Positions 51,401-59,400 of a stretch of DNA of 64,000 nucleotides are shown here, piece by piece. The notes beneath the pieces are model-generated. The model did no database searches, was not told the DNA's origin, and saw only the letters and a list, made by a program, of their open reading frames with translations. Where the stretch lies: assembly GCA_900544285.1 (NCBI GenBank), contig UQUT01000001.1:69031-133030 (forward strand). Direction: 5' to 3'. The position numbers were made by a program, and so were the translations under genes. Positions within the stretch are counted from its first letter, which is position 1; each line of letters starts with the position of its first letter. This DNA is from an uncultured Eubacterium sp. Lineage in GTDB: Bacteria; Bacillota; Clostridia; Oscillospirales; CAG-272.

Positions 51401-54312
51401 ATTCCAATGTCGTATGATCCTTTTTCTTCGGGATTTGCGTTGAAATCTTCCTCTGTGCTTTCCAAGCCAAGATATTCACTGAGTCCAGCTTCTTGAATTG
51501 CGTTCACATAGTCGTCTTTGAGAATAGAATCCTCTGTAACAACCGCCAAGACTTTGCTTGCCCTATCATCTTCAAACGAATAGTGAGGGCTGATACTGCG
51601 GGAAGTCACATAGAACTTTTTGATATTGCCGTCGTAATCCTTTACGGCCTGCTGAAAGTCCCGCAGATCTTCCACCGTGAAAATGCCCTGTGTTACCCAA
51701 TACACTTCGCTGCCGTTTACAATGTCGGCTTCTTTGAAGCGCATATGATGGGGAATGCGTTTTTCAAATTCAACGGCGCTGAACAGGGGTTCCGGTGTTT
51801 CTTCTGTTTTTTCTTCGGGTGGTAATTCCTTGACCTTCAAGTGGTCGTTCATCGGGTTTTCCTGCACCCTGCGGTCAAACTCGCCCCGTTCTATTTCTTT
51901 TTGAAATAAGGGGAACTGCGTATCGAACAGCATTACCCGGTTTTCGTCAAAGGAGAGGATTTCATATTCGTCCGCACCCATATATACCGTATCGCCAAGA
52001 TGATATACATAGCGGTCGGTTGCAACGGGTTCAGCCTCTAAGCCGCCCGTCATCTGCGCTTCATAGCGGTCAATATCATGCTCGGTTATCCATTCTGGTT
52101 TCTCTGGCAGAAGGGCATACAGTTCCCGCATTTTAGCAATCTGCTGTTCGACATTTTCCGCCCACAAATGCTTTTCTGCACGGTTGCCGTTCCCTAAGAA
52201 ATACTCGCAGTCCGAGCGCAGACGGGAGAGCAGGCGATATTCGTTTTCAAAGTTTTGCACGGCGGGTTCTTCCTCTTGCGGCGGCGCAGCCGAGAGGATT
52301 TCCCGGTTTTTTCGTTCTTCGGCAAGCTCGGCACGACGTTCTTCCTGCTTTTGCAGCCAAGAGGGGTAAACCTCTTTTTCTTTCGGGTTGAGATAACGGT
52401 CAAGGCGGATCAGTTCAGCAATCCGCTTTTCAACCTGATTCCAAGTCAGATTGATATGCGGTTTCTCAGCGCCAATCCCTTTTGAAATGCGAATCCCTTT
52501 CCCGTCGTGCTGTTCATCAATGCCTGCGCCGACAATTACGGGGTAGGAACCGCCCCAACCGTATTCCTCTTTGAGAAAATCGGCATTTTCCTTTGCTGAC
52601 AGGCTTTTTTCAAACCGTTCGTAAATCCTGAACTTGCCTTCGGATACGCCGCTTCCACGAGTGAGAACTGCGTCGATAATCTCCTGAGAAAAAGTAAAGG
52701 CGGAGGTTTTTTCCTCCGCCTGCGTTTCCAGTAGATTCATCTGCCCGCCGATTGAGGGCAGGGGTTTTTGTGTGTCCCGCAGCTCTCCGAGCAGCCGCAT
52801 AGCTTCAAAATGTTGGGCAATCACGCCCCAATCATAAAAGCTCTGCGCCGTTCTGCTTAAATAGCTGCCTTCCCAAAGATGAAGCACATTCTGATAGGTT
52901 TTGTACCCCACACGCCGCCCGTCGTTCAATATTACTTCGGTATAGTCGTTGTTGAAAATACCCTTGATATATTCAGTACGGGCGGCATTGTCAGTGATAC
53001 CCTCATAAAAAGCACGAATTTCATCTTTTGAAGCCTTCAAATGAGGGGTTGTGCCGAGAATTTCCCGAATGGTATCGTCCCTGCCGAAAAACGGCAGGCT
53101 TTTATCCTCGTGTTCCCGGTCGTAGTAATCTAAGCGAAAATCACTTCCGCTTTCACGATCTCCTGCACCCGGTTCCGAAGATTGTTCATTCCCTGCACCC
53201 ATTTCATCGTATCCGCCGCTTTCAGGCTCTCGGTCAAGCCCTCCTGCGCCGCCATTTTCTTCAACAGGGATTCCTCCATCTGGAGAGCCGTCTGTTCGGT
53301 CTGCACCAGATGTGCGGTCAGGGTGCAGCTCGTCAGAAGATTGTAATAGAGGATTCGGTGCTGTTCTTTCAGGTATTTCTTCCTCATCTGAGCGTACCTG
53401 CCCATCGTCACCTCCGGCTGTTCGGGCATTGTCAGGTCGGGAAGATTGTAGTCTCCCTGCATTGTATAGGTCAGTTCGGCCATCGTCAAAACTCCTTTCA
53501 CTTTTCTTTTCAGCTATATTGTAATCGGCTCTGCCGTTTCCTGCAATTATGCGATTTTGCTTATCGAGAGCGAGAACAGTGCGGGAGATTTCACTAAGCC
53601 CCATCTCCGCAATATCGCTCGTGGCAAAGCCGAGGGCATTCAAGGTTTCGGACGTGTTGAACTGCGACACGCCTGCAAAAAAACCGGAGGGATAGATCTC
53701 CGAAGTGTCAATCCCCAAACGGGACATCATCATATATGCGATACTGTGGGTAACAAGTTCTTCATAAAGTTGCCCGGATTCTTCGGCGGAGAGATAGGCA
53801 ATATCGCTGTCGCCGCCGATCTGCATAAAGTCTTGCAGATAATCGGGCAGGTTATCTTCGGCTGCGTTTTTAGCAGCGGAGAGGACGGCGCTTTTCAGAT
53901 CGTCCTTGTTTTCCAACTCACCGAAGGTATTTTCAAGGGTATCAATGACCTCCTGCTCATACTCCGGTTTCATCTGCCAGATGGGAACCGGACGGGAATA
54001 TTTGCTCTCGTGGGTATCGGAAATATCAAAGTAATGGGTTAGGCGCTGTGTGTTTCTATCTGCGTCCTCAAAGACGGCAATTCCTTTTGCGCCACGGTTT
54101 ACCCATCGTCCAAAGCTTTGATTCCACCTCTCAATTTCCAAAACCGCCGTTGCGTCCGGCCTCTGTGCGTAAATCAAAAGCTGCTCGTCAAAGCGAAGCC
54201 TGTAATTTCGGCAGGCAGAACGCAAAAAGGCTTCCCAATTCTCTGATTCCGCTACCACCGCATTACAGGTGCGGCGGTACAGTTCAGAAATCAGGTCATA
54301 TTTTCGTGCCAT
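45469..54312 (-). CDS. Polyvalent giant protein: ArdC-N-like + LPD-type modules + MutS domain-I-like + N6-adenine DNA methyltransferase + SNF2/DEAD-type helicase
   Basis: 2,947-aa uninterrupted ORF. ArdC-N-like QLLIYAQRPDATAVLEIERWNQ.FGRWVNRGAKGIAVF. MutS_I-like segment at ~50900-51190. MTase motifs EPSCGIGNF (~49870) and GNVPFG (~49710). Helicase motifs AHAVGAGKT (~47860), FIDESH (~47385) and QRAGRTVRQGN. Confidence 0.9.
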   Translation of the reverse strand: MARKYDLISELYRRTCNAVVAESENWEAFLRSACRNYRLRFDEQLLIYAQRPDATAVLEIERWNQSFGRWVNRGAKGIAVFEDADRNTQRLTHYFDISDTHESKYSRPVPIWQMKPEYEQEVIDTLENTFGELENKDDLKSAVLSAAKNAAEDNLPDYLQDFMQIGGDSDIAYLSAEESGQLYEELVTHSIAYMMMSRLGIDTSEIYPSGFFAGVSQFNTSETLNALGFATSDIAEMGLSEISRTVLALDKQNRIIAGNGRADYNIAEKKSERSFDDGRTDLYNAGRLQSSRPDNARTAGGDDGQVRSDEEEIPERTAPNPLLQSSDELHPDRTSGADRTDGSPDGGIPVEENGGAGGLDREPESGGYDEMGAGNEQSSEPGAGDRESGSDFRLDYYDREHEDKSLPFFGRDDTIREILGTTPHLKASKDEIRAFYEGITDNAARTEYIKGIFNNDYTEVILNDGRRVGYKTYQNVLHLWEGSYLSRTAQSFYDWGVIAQHFEAMRLLGELRDTQKPLPSIGGQMNLLETQAEEKTSAFTFSQEIIDAVLTRGSGVSEGKFRIYERFEKSLSAKENADFLKEEYGWGGSYPVIVGAGIDEQHDGKGIRISKGIGAEKPHINLTWNQVEKRIAELIRLDRYLNPKEKEVYPSWLQKQEERRAELAEERKNREILSAAPPQEEEPAVQNFENEYRLLSRLRSDCEYFLGNGNRAEKHLWAENVEQQIAKMRELYALLPEKPEWITEHDIDRYEAQMTGGLEAEPVATDRYVYHLGDTVYMGADEYEILSFDENRVMLFDTQFPLFQKEIERGEFDRRVQENPMNDHLKVKELPPEEKTEETPEPLFSAVEFEKRIPHHMRFKEADIVNGSEVYWVTQGIFTVEDLRDFQQAVKDYDGNIKKFYVTSRSISPHYSFEDDRASKVLAVVTEDSILKDDYVNAIQEAGLSEYLGLESTEEDFNANPEEKGSYDIGMGYLGNGLTVWNRAVEVNGDYQNIAHISPEGEIHYYVENLPEDVIARIERAAEQEKNGHIPSAISQEDSAVTAIWQDYLDAKGENPGSIVLFQLGNFYEAFEEDANQVSEALGLTLTTRRFGEEHRVPMCGLPAHSLQTYTNMLLDRGFDVAVCSLENGERITRNIVSTNKEDPVQSQPIGRIDYLHTDGSVRESIEYTSPYQLEKDVKEENFYGVPFTLVLYKDKDGNTIPQDFIGELDPPPQGIEIIDSPYLAKDRADEMLRQAEEIAAESAVESYERFFVIETDEGYAVWDDIREEIYVDDEGVSEEFTSEWQANDYLEQVKKEVSEKESAEWLYVERAKQEAPAPEQPEEKPLAPAFTQPKRSRVQTFDLHPEIPMSERHTFDLASHEIPEAGKKERFRRNMAAINVLNECEFENRFATPEEQEILSQYVGWGGIPEAFDENNSSWADEFIELYQALSPDEYESAKGSVLTAFYTPPVVISAIYKAMEQMGFREGNILEPSCGIGNFIGMLPQSIQNAKMYGVEIDKISAGIAQQLYQKTSIAAQPFEEANIPDSFFDAVIGNVPFGDIRINDKRYNKHNFLIHDYFFAKSLDKLRPGGVMALITSKGTMDKENPAIRKYIAQRADLLGAVRLPNNTFKGNAGTEVVSDILILQKRDRLIDIEPEWVHLNTDENGVKMNSYFVDHPEMVLGEWKTVSGRFGEENTVVPYENTGLAEQLEEAISGIHAEITEYEADEELEEEDTSIPADPNVRNFSYTVVDDKIYYRENSRMTPVECSATAENRIKGMIAIRDCVRNLIEIQTLDFPDGEITAEQQKLNTLYDTFSKKYGLINSRANVSAFSQDGSFSLLSALEILGDDGELERKADIFTKRTIKPHIPITSVDTASEALAVSMAEKAFVDMEYMCSLSGKTEQEIYQDLKGVIFLNPMYGYGDSDEQKYLMADEYLSGNVRQKLAWARKSAEVYPEDYTVNVEALEKVQPRDLTASEIFVQLGTTWLPEEIVQKFIYEFLDTPVYARWNIKVHYSKLTGEWNVEGKSSDRSNLKAYNTYGTQRVNAYKIIEETLNMKDVRVFDYIEDDEGKKKAVLNKKETAIAQSKQELIKQGFQDWIWRDPTRREKLVRLYNDKFNSIRPREYDGSHIAFTGMNPEITLREHQKNAVAHILYGGNTLLAHAVGAGKTFEMTAAAMESKRLGLCSKSLFVVPNHLTEQWAAEFLQLYPAANILVATKKDFEMKNRKRFCGRIATGDYDAIIIGHSQFEKIPMSIERQRAVLQQQLDDIVAGITDIKRNKGSRFSVKQLEKTKKSLTVKLEKLNDQSRKDDVVTFEELGVDRIFIDESHYYKNLFLYTKMRNVGGIAQTEAQKSSDLFMKCRYLDEITGGRGTVFATGTPISNSMVELYTIQRYLQYRTLQEHDLQHFDSWASSFGETVTAVELTPEGTGYRAKTRFARFNNLPELMAMFKEVADIQTADMLHLPVPEVEYHNIAVKPSQIQKDMVASLAERAEKIRDGGVNASVDNMLKVTNDGRKLALDQRMMNPLLPDEEGSKVNACVQEVYHIWEETADKKSTQLLFCDLSTPKGESEFSVYTDIRKKLIGRGIPESEIKFIHEADTEVKKQELFKKVRRGEVRILLGSTQKMGAGTNVQNKLIASHDLDCPWRPSDLEQRAGRTVRQGNENSKVGLYRYVTEETFDAYCWQLVEGKQKFASQIMTGKSPVRSCEDIDETALSYAELKMLSTGNPYIKEKMDLDIQVQKLRLLKSNYLTEKYALEDKIIKYYPKQIARAKEMISGLESDIRRASEHPKPTDDRFVGMEVKGVSYSEKAEAGKKIIDSCGEMTSPDPVSLGRYRGFDLELSFEPFQKVYQVKIKGSVSRSVSLGTDAIGNITRIDNVIEKIPELLEMEKQELETTEKQLATAKIEVEKPFDKEPELTEKTERLNVLNGLLNVDKRGNELVDGELDEGDEAPERREKAYER
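53130..53483 (-). CDS. tnpV: TnpV-family protein ORF nested in the +1 frame of the giant gene
   Basis: ATG at 53483 with AAAGGAG 8 nt upstream. The 117-aa product MAELTYTMQGDYNLPDLTMPEQ...MRKKYLKEQHR.LY.NLL....L.AHL...EGLTESLKAADTMKWVQGMNNLRNRVQEIVKAEVIF matches the TnpV family pattern from end to end (from memory). Confidence 0.6.
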   Translation of the reverse strand: MAELTYTMQGDYNLPDLTMPEQPEVTMGRYAQMRKKYLKEQHRILYYNLLTSCTLTAHLVQTEQTALQMEESLLKKMAAQEGLTESLKAADTMKWVQGMNNLRNRVQEIVKAEVIFA

Positions 54313-54326
54313 CGGGGGTACACCTC

Positions 54327-55262
54327 CTATCGTTCATATTCTTTTTTCTTGGGCTTTTTCAGAAAACCATCCTTATCATAGCTTTCGGGATTTGCGGCAG
54401 GCGTGTGCCACCCAAACATGGAACCCACCTTCATCGCCTCTGCCTGACCTTTCGATAAACCGAGCTTTTCGTTCATCTCATTCACAAGGGCGTTTGTTTC
54501 ACTGGGCTTGCCGCCCTGAATATCCGTGCGGTAAAAACCGCTTTCGCCTTTTTTGACAATGCCAACGCAGTTTTCTGTCTGCACGAACACATAGCATTGC
54601 TCCGGCAGAGAGGAACGGAGGGGGATTACTGTATTCCCCGCCTGTTCCATTCGCTCGGCAAATTCACAGATATGATAGAGGTTGCTGCCAACCTCCAAAT
54701 GATAGTCGTCGATATATCGGCAAGCCCGGTCAAGCTGCTCTCCGTCGCTTAAAGTAATGCGGATTCTATCTCCGTCAGCAAGCCTGAATTTCTCGTTATA
54801 GTCCGAGTCGATAAAACGGATTCCTTCTTTTGCTTTTTCAATGTGCTTATCGAGCCACTCCCGCACATAGCAGTAGCAGTAAAAATTGTAATCTCCACGG
54901 GTGGGATTGCACCGAATCAGGAAGGTGTGTTTTTCGGTATCGGCACGAAAGCCATATTCGGTCGTATAACTGCCCTGAAAGGCGCTGTCCGGCTGATTCC
55001 CTGCAAAATGCGCCATATCGGTACGGCTTTTCAGCAATCCATTCTGCTCAAAACGGAGGGCGTTGATTACTTCGTCCAATTCGCTCTTAAACTCATCGGT
55101 TTTCAGCTTCTCCCTGTGGTCGAACCAAGAGGAATAAAATTCGTTTCCGCTTGAACCGAAATCGCCACGCAGATACCCAATGCTTCCGGTCTGGCCTTCA
55201 AGCTGCGTGCTTTGTGCATAGGTGTATTTGCGCTCTGGAACGGTCAATGATCTGAGTTCCAT
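54327..55262 (-). CDS. Hypothetical protein (polyvalent-protein-associated LPD-like domain, weak)
   Basis: 311 aa. Its stop TAG is part of the AGGAGG for the giant gene. C-terminus ...KKPKKKEYER. Confidence 0.6.
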   Translation of the reverse strand: MELRSLTVPERKYTYAQSTQLEGQTGSIGYLRGDFGSSGNEFYSSWFDHREKLKTDEFKSELDEVINALRFEQNGLLKSRTDMAHFAGNQPDSAFQGSYTTEYGFRADTEKHTFLIRCNPTRGDYNFYCYCYVREWLDKHIEKAKEGIRFIDSDYNEKFRLADGDRIRITLSDGEQLDRACRYIDDYHLEVGSNLYHICEFAERMEQAGNTVIPLRSSLPEQCYVFVQTENCVGIVKKGESGFYRTDIQGGKPSETNALVNEMNEKLGLSKGQAEAMKVGSMFGWHTPAANPESYDKDGFLKKPKKKEYER

Positions 55263-55694
55263 TTATAGGCCCTCCTCATCTTCACAAGGCGGCTCGAGCG
55301 TAGTGGAAAATTCGTCCTGATAGCAAAAGGTTACTGCCTGCCAAACATCTTCCTCAAAAGCGGCCCGGTAAAAGAAATCATCAAAATATGGTCTAAGTTT
55401 TCGCAGATCATCACGGAATTTCATAAGCACCTTTTCGTGATCGTCCTCTGCATTGTAGGCATAATATTCGTGATACTCGCCCTTTGTCCCGACAAAAGAA
55501 CGGCAGTTGTAAGAGAGTGTCCCGGTCTTGTAGACATAGAAGCTCATAAATCCGCCATCGCATTTCAGGGTAAATGAACCCTGTTGATTTTTCAGATTGA
55601 GTACCTGATTGGTATAGACATTCCCAACGTACAGTTCGGAGAAAAAATCCATCAGTTCCTTTGCGGCGCACCGCATAAATTCCATTTTTTTCAT
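55263..55694 (-). CDS. Hypothetical protein
   Basis: 143 aa. Its stop abuts the ATG of the next gene (TAAATG). Confidence 0.55.
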   Translation of the reverse strand: MKKMEFMRCAAKELMDFFSELYVGNVYTNQVLNLKNQQGSFTLKCDGGFMSFYVYKTGTLSYNCRSFVGTKGEYHEYYAYNAEDDHEKVLMKFRDDLRKLRPYFDDFFYRAAFEEDVWQAVTFCYQDEFSTTLEPPCEDEEGL

Positions 55695-55747
55695 TTCTGT
55701 TATCTCTCCATTTCTTTTGATACTCTTTGTTTGGGTATATAACGTGC

Positions 55748-56002
55748 CTATCCTTCGTTCTGCTCTGATTGCTGTTCATCTGCGCCACCTCCCAAATAGG
55801 AGAACAGCCTGTTCTTTGTAACCTGTTCCTGAAGCTCTGTAATAACCGTCATATCGGGAACAGAAATATCGGGGATCTGCAAAATGCTCTGCAAATTGAG
55901 CGCTTTCAAATCCTTTTCGGTTTTACAGCCGAACTCGAATAGCTTTTCAAGCACCTTCATTTTCTGCTGCAACGGAGTGCCCGTTGTTTTCTTTGCCGCC
56001 AT
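55748..56002 (-). CDS. Hypothetical small protein
   Basis: 84 aa, co-oriented with the element. No recognised domain. Confidence 0.5.
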   Translation of the reverse strand: MAAKKTTGTPLQQKMKVLEKLFEFGCKTEKDLKALNLQSILQIPDISVPDMTVITELQEQVTKNRLFSYLGGGADEQQSEQNEG

Positions 56003-56016
56003 ATTCCTTTCCCTCC

Positions 56017-56328
56017 TTAGCTTTTAGCGTATTTCCTATATACACGCTGCATTTTGTGCCTTGCCCTGCGAACATCGGGAGAACAGCCGAGAGCCGGGTA
56101 TTTCGCCTGAATCTTCTGTCGTGTCCTTCGGACGCTCTCAAAGCAAGGGATACCGTAAGCTTTGTAATTGGTCATTATATCTTCAAAGCTGAAATACCCG
56201 ATCCCGTGGGTGTCGTAAATACAAGTCTTACTGACAATCAGGTACAGCTTCATATCGTCGTTCCGTGTTTCGGGGTACTCTTTGAGCGCCGCAAGCACTC
56301 TGTTTTCTACTGTTTCAAGGGTTCTCAT
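56017..56328 (-). CDS. Hypothetical small protein
   Basis: 103 aa. First gene after the terminator at 56341-56379. Confidence 0.5.
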   Translation of the reverse strand: MRTLETVENRVLAALKEYPETRNDDMKLYLIVSKTCIYDTHGIGYFSFEDIMTNYKAYGIPCFESVRRTRQKIQAKYPALGCSPDVRRARHKMQRVYRKYAKS

Positions 56329-56340
56329 TTTTTGGCCTCC

Positions 56341-56379
56341 TGTAAAAAAGAAAAAGGGGCGGAGTTTTTTCTCCGCCCC
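56341..56379 (-). terminator. Intrinsic terminator after the adhesin / small-peptide genes
   Basis: ggggcggag-aaaaaa-ctccgcccc followed on the minus strand by tttttctttttt. Confidence 0.85.
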
Positions 56380-56385
56380 AAGTGG

Positions 56386-56478
56386 TTATTTTTTCTTCCT
56401 GTTTCGTATCTGCAAAAAGATAAAGCCGCCTATGATAAAGGCGACCAATGCGATACCGATAATCGCTTTCAGTTCCAT
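56386..56478 (-). CDS. 30-aa single-TM peptide, absent from the ORF track
   Basis: MELKAIIGIALVAFIIGGFIFLQIRNRKKK. Its ATG directly follows the adhesin stop codon, and the terminator follows it. Confidence 0.4.
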   Translation of the reverse strand: MELKAIIGIALVAFIIGGFIFLQIRNRKKK

Positions 56479-59400
56479 TTACTTATCTCCCTTCTTCTTT
56501 TTTCGGAACCCCAAAATGCCGCAGGCGGTAATGCCTGCCACCGACAGTCCCGCAAGGGCAATCCAAAGACCGATATTGCTCGAGTCTCCGGTTTTCGGGG
56601 TATCACGAAGTTCGTTGTGCATTTCCACTACCGTAGTCGAACCCGTCTGTACCGCCGCCTGTTTGTCGGCAGGGAGGATATACATAGCGGAAGCGGAATT
56701 GCTGATTTCAGAAATTTGATATTCGCCAATGCGGAGGTTCTCGATGAAGATCTCTCCATTTCGGTCAGTTTCAAGGGTAACGTCGTAGCCGTTCTCCCCG
56801 GTAATGCGGAAAGCAAAGCCTTCCACCTTCCCATCGGAGGAGGTCTTGACGATTTTCAGGTTTCCACGCATAGCTTCATTGACAAAGCCAACGCCCGCCT
56901 TGTTTTCCACCTGATAGGTTTTTCCATCGGTGTCGATGAACACCTCATACACATTTTCATCGAGAATGAAATTCTCCGGCGCTTTGGTTTCCTTTACAAA
57001 GAAGCGCCCATAAAACAAGCCGGTCATTTCATACTCTCCGATTTCCTTTTCGGTGAGTGTGCCGAGCAGTTCGTCCTCTTTATCAAGCTCTCCGTTGTCG
57101 TTGGAGTCCTTATAGACCTCAAACTCCGCACCCGTCAGTTTGTTATCGGGGTACTCGGAATCCACCTTTGTCAAAGCAATATTGCCACGGATATATTCGT
57201 TGACGATTTCTACTTCAACAACCTGCCCGTCCTCTCCAATATCTACGCTGAACACCGTTTCATCAAGGACGAACCCGGTCGGCTGCTCGATTTCCCGCAG
57301 GAACCACTGCCCATAGGGTACATTCTCGAAAGAGAAGCTGCCATCGCCCGCAGATACCGTTGTCATAATGGCGTTTTCTTGGGTGAACTCGCCCTCATCG
57401 GTCTTGAACAGGCCAATCACCGCACCGCCGAGCGCTTCGCCGTTTTCGTCTGTCTTTTTGCCGGAAACAGAACCGTAAATCAGCTTGTTTTCAATCGGCG
57501 TACCTTCATTGACGGCGATTTCAACCTTTGCGGTATCCTGCCCCGCATATCCAAAAACAACGGGGTACTTGGTATCGTTCAGGATATATGCGTTGTCGGC
57601 GGCAAGTTCCTTCACATAGAAACTGCCGATAGGCAAATCGGTTTTGACGGCAGCCCTGCCGTTTTCATCAAGGGTGATGATTTCAATAAGTCCGTCAGCC
57701 GGAATGGAAGTGCCGCTTGCGCTGATAAGTTCCTCCGCAGCGAACAGGCCGAAGCTGATATTTTTGATTTCTCCGTTATTACCGATTCCAAACAGTTCGT
57801 TTACTTCAAGAGATTTTGCAAGGCTGATTTCTGCCTTCTGTCTCTCGTTGACAAAGGAAGTAGCCGTTTCGACAACGGCGACATTCTGCCCTGCGTAGAC
57901 AAGCTCGACGGAGTGGATCTCATCATTTAATACCATTCCATAGGAAGCCTTGACCTCTTTTACTTCAAATTTTCCAAGATAGAGTTCTTTACTCTTAGCG
58001 AACCCACTTTGGTCGGTGGTCACGGTATCGACAAGCTCGCCCTTGCTGTATCGGAGGGTGCCGTCCGGGGTGATAACATCTTCTGCCGCACGGATTTCAT
58101 AAACCGTGTCGGGAAGCCCCTGCATTTCATAAAGCGGCTGATAGATGACCGGCAGTTCTTGGCCACTTTCGTCTGTGCCGCCGACAACCGAAACGCCGAA
58201 GAATACCTCGCCCGTTTTTTCAATGGTAATGGTGCCTTTCTGCGGCATATTCTCTTTATTTACTTTTATCACTGTAACCCCGCTTTCTTCGGTAGAGTTT
58301 TCCTCCGTGATGTCAAAATAGACCGGAGTGGAATCCAGTACATACCCATAGGGGCTTTGCACCTCGACGATGGAGTACCCCGAACCGTAAGGCAGTTTTT
58401 CCGGTGTTACAAGCGAACCGCTTGCGTCGGTATAGAACACATCAATCGTGGTGGGGGTAGGATAGGTGAAGGTCATCGTCACAAGGCTGCCGGAGGGATC
58501 ATAGATCTGGAAGCCCGCCCCCGCATAGGGAATGGTCTTTCCGGTTTCTGCGTCCACCTTTACAACCTTGATATAGCTTTCAAAGTTTGCATTGTTCATC
58601 AGGTATCGGTAAGTCTGCCCGTCCTGAGCGATGAACACATCAAAATCGTCCATCAGTTCTCGGCCTTCCCAACCGGAAACCTGATGGACGGTATAGATAC
58701 CGTAGGGCATTTGCTTGCTCTCGGCAAAACCATTTTCATCACAGGTCAGGGTGTCCCTTTCGGTTTCCTTTGCGTTTTCAAAACTGCCGGAGGATTTCAG
58801 GTACACCTCAAAAGCAGCCCCTTCTTCGGGTGTTTCAATCTGTGTATCGCCGTTATCGGTGTGTTTGATAATGGCGATATTGCCCTTGATAATCGTTTCA
58901 AGCACATCATTTGCGGTTTGATTATGCTCGATGGTATAAAGTTCCGGCTCTGCACCTACCTTGTGGATAGTCGGATCAAGCAAGTACCCCTCGCTTGGTT
59001 CGAGTTCCCGGATTGTCCAATCGGAATCACAGATATATTCTTTCGTGGTAAACTGTCCGTTTTTATCTGTAAAGTATTCGTCGATCAGTTCTTCGCCTTT
59101 GAAAATGCCGTACTTCGCACCGCCCAAAGTACCATCGCCCTGCGGTGTCCCGGTTTCAGAATCGCTTTTCGTCACGGTCACGGCAAACTTTTTCAGGATA
59201 TTGGTGAAATTGCGGGTAGTGACCTCATTCCATTTCACAGGCGCAGTCTGCTTTTCGGGAATCACATAGCGAATTGCCGTATCGACTTCCTCAATGGTAA
59301 AAGGGGTAGAACCGCTAATCAGCACATCTTCAAATTTCGCCACACCGTTTTGATCGGTAACGGCATATTCGTCCACTTCAATACCGGAAAGCGAAGTCCC

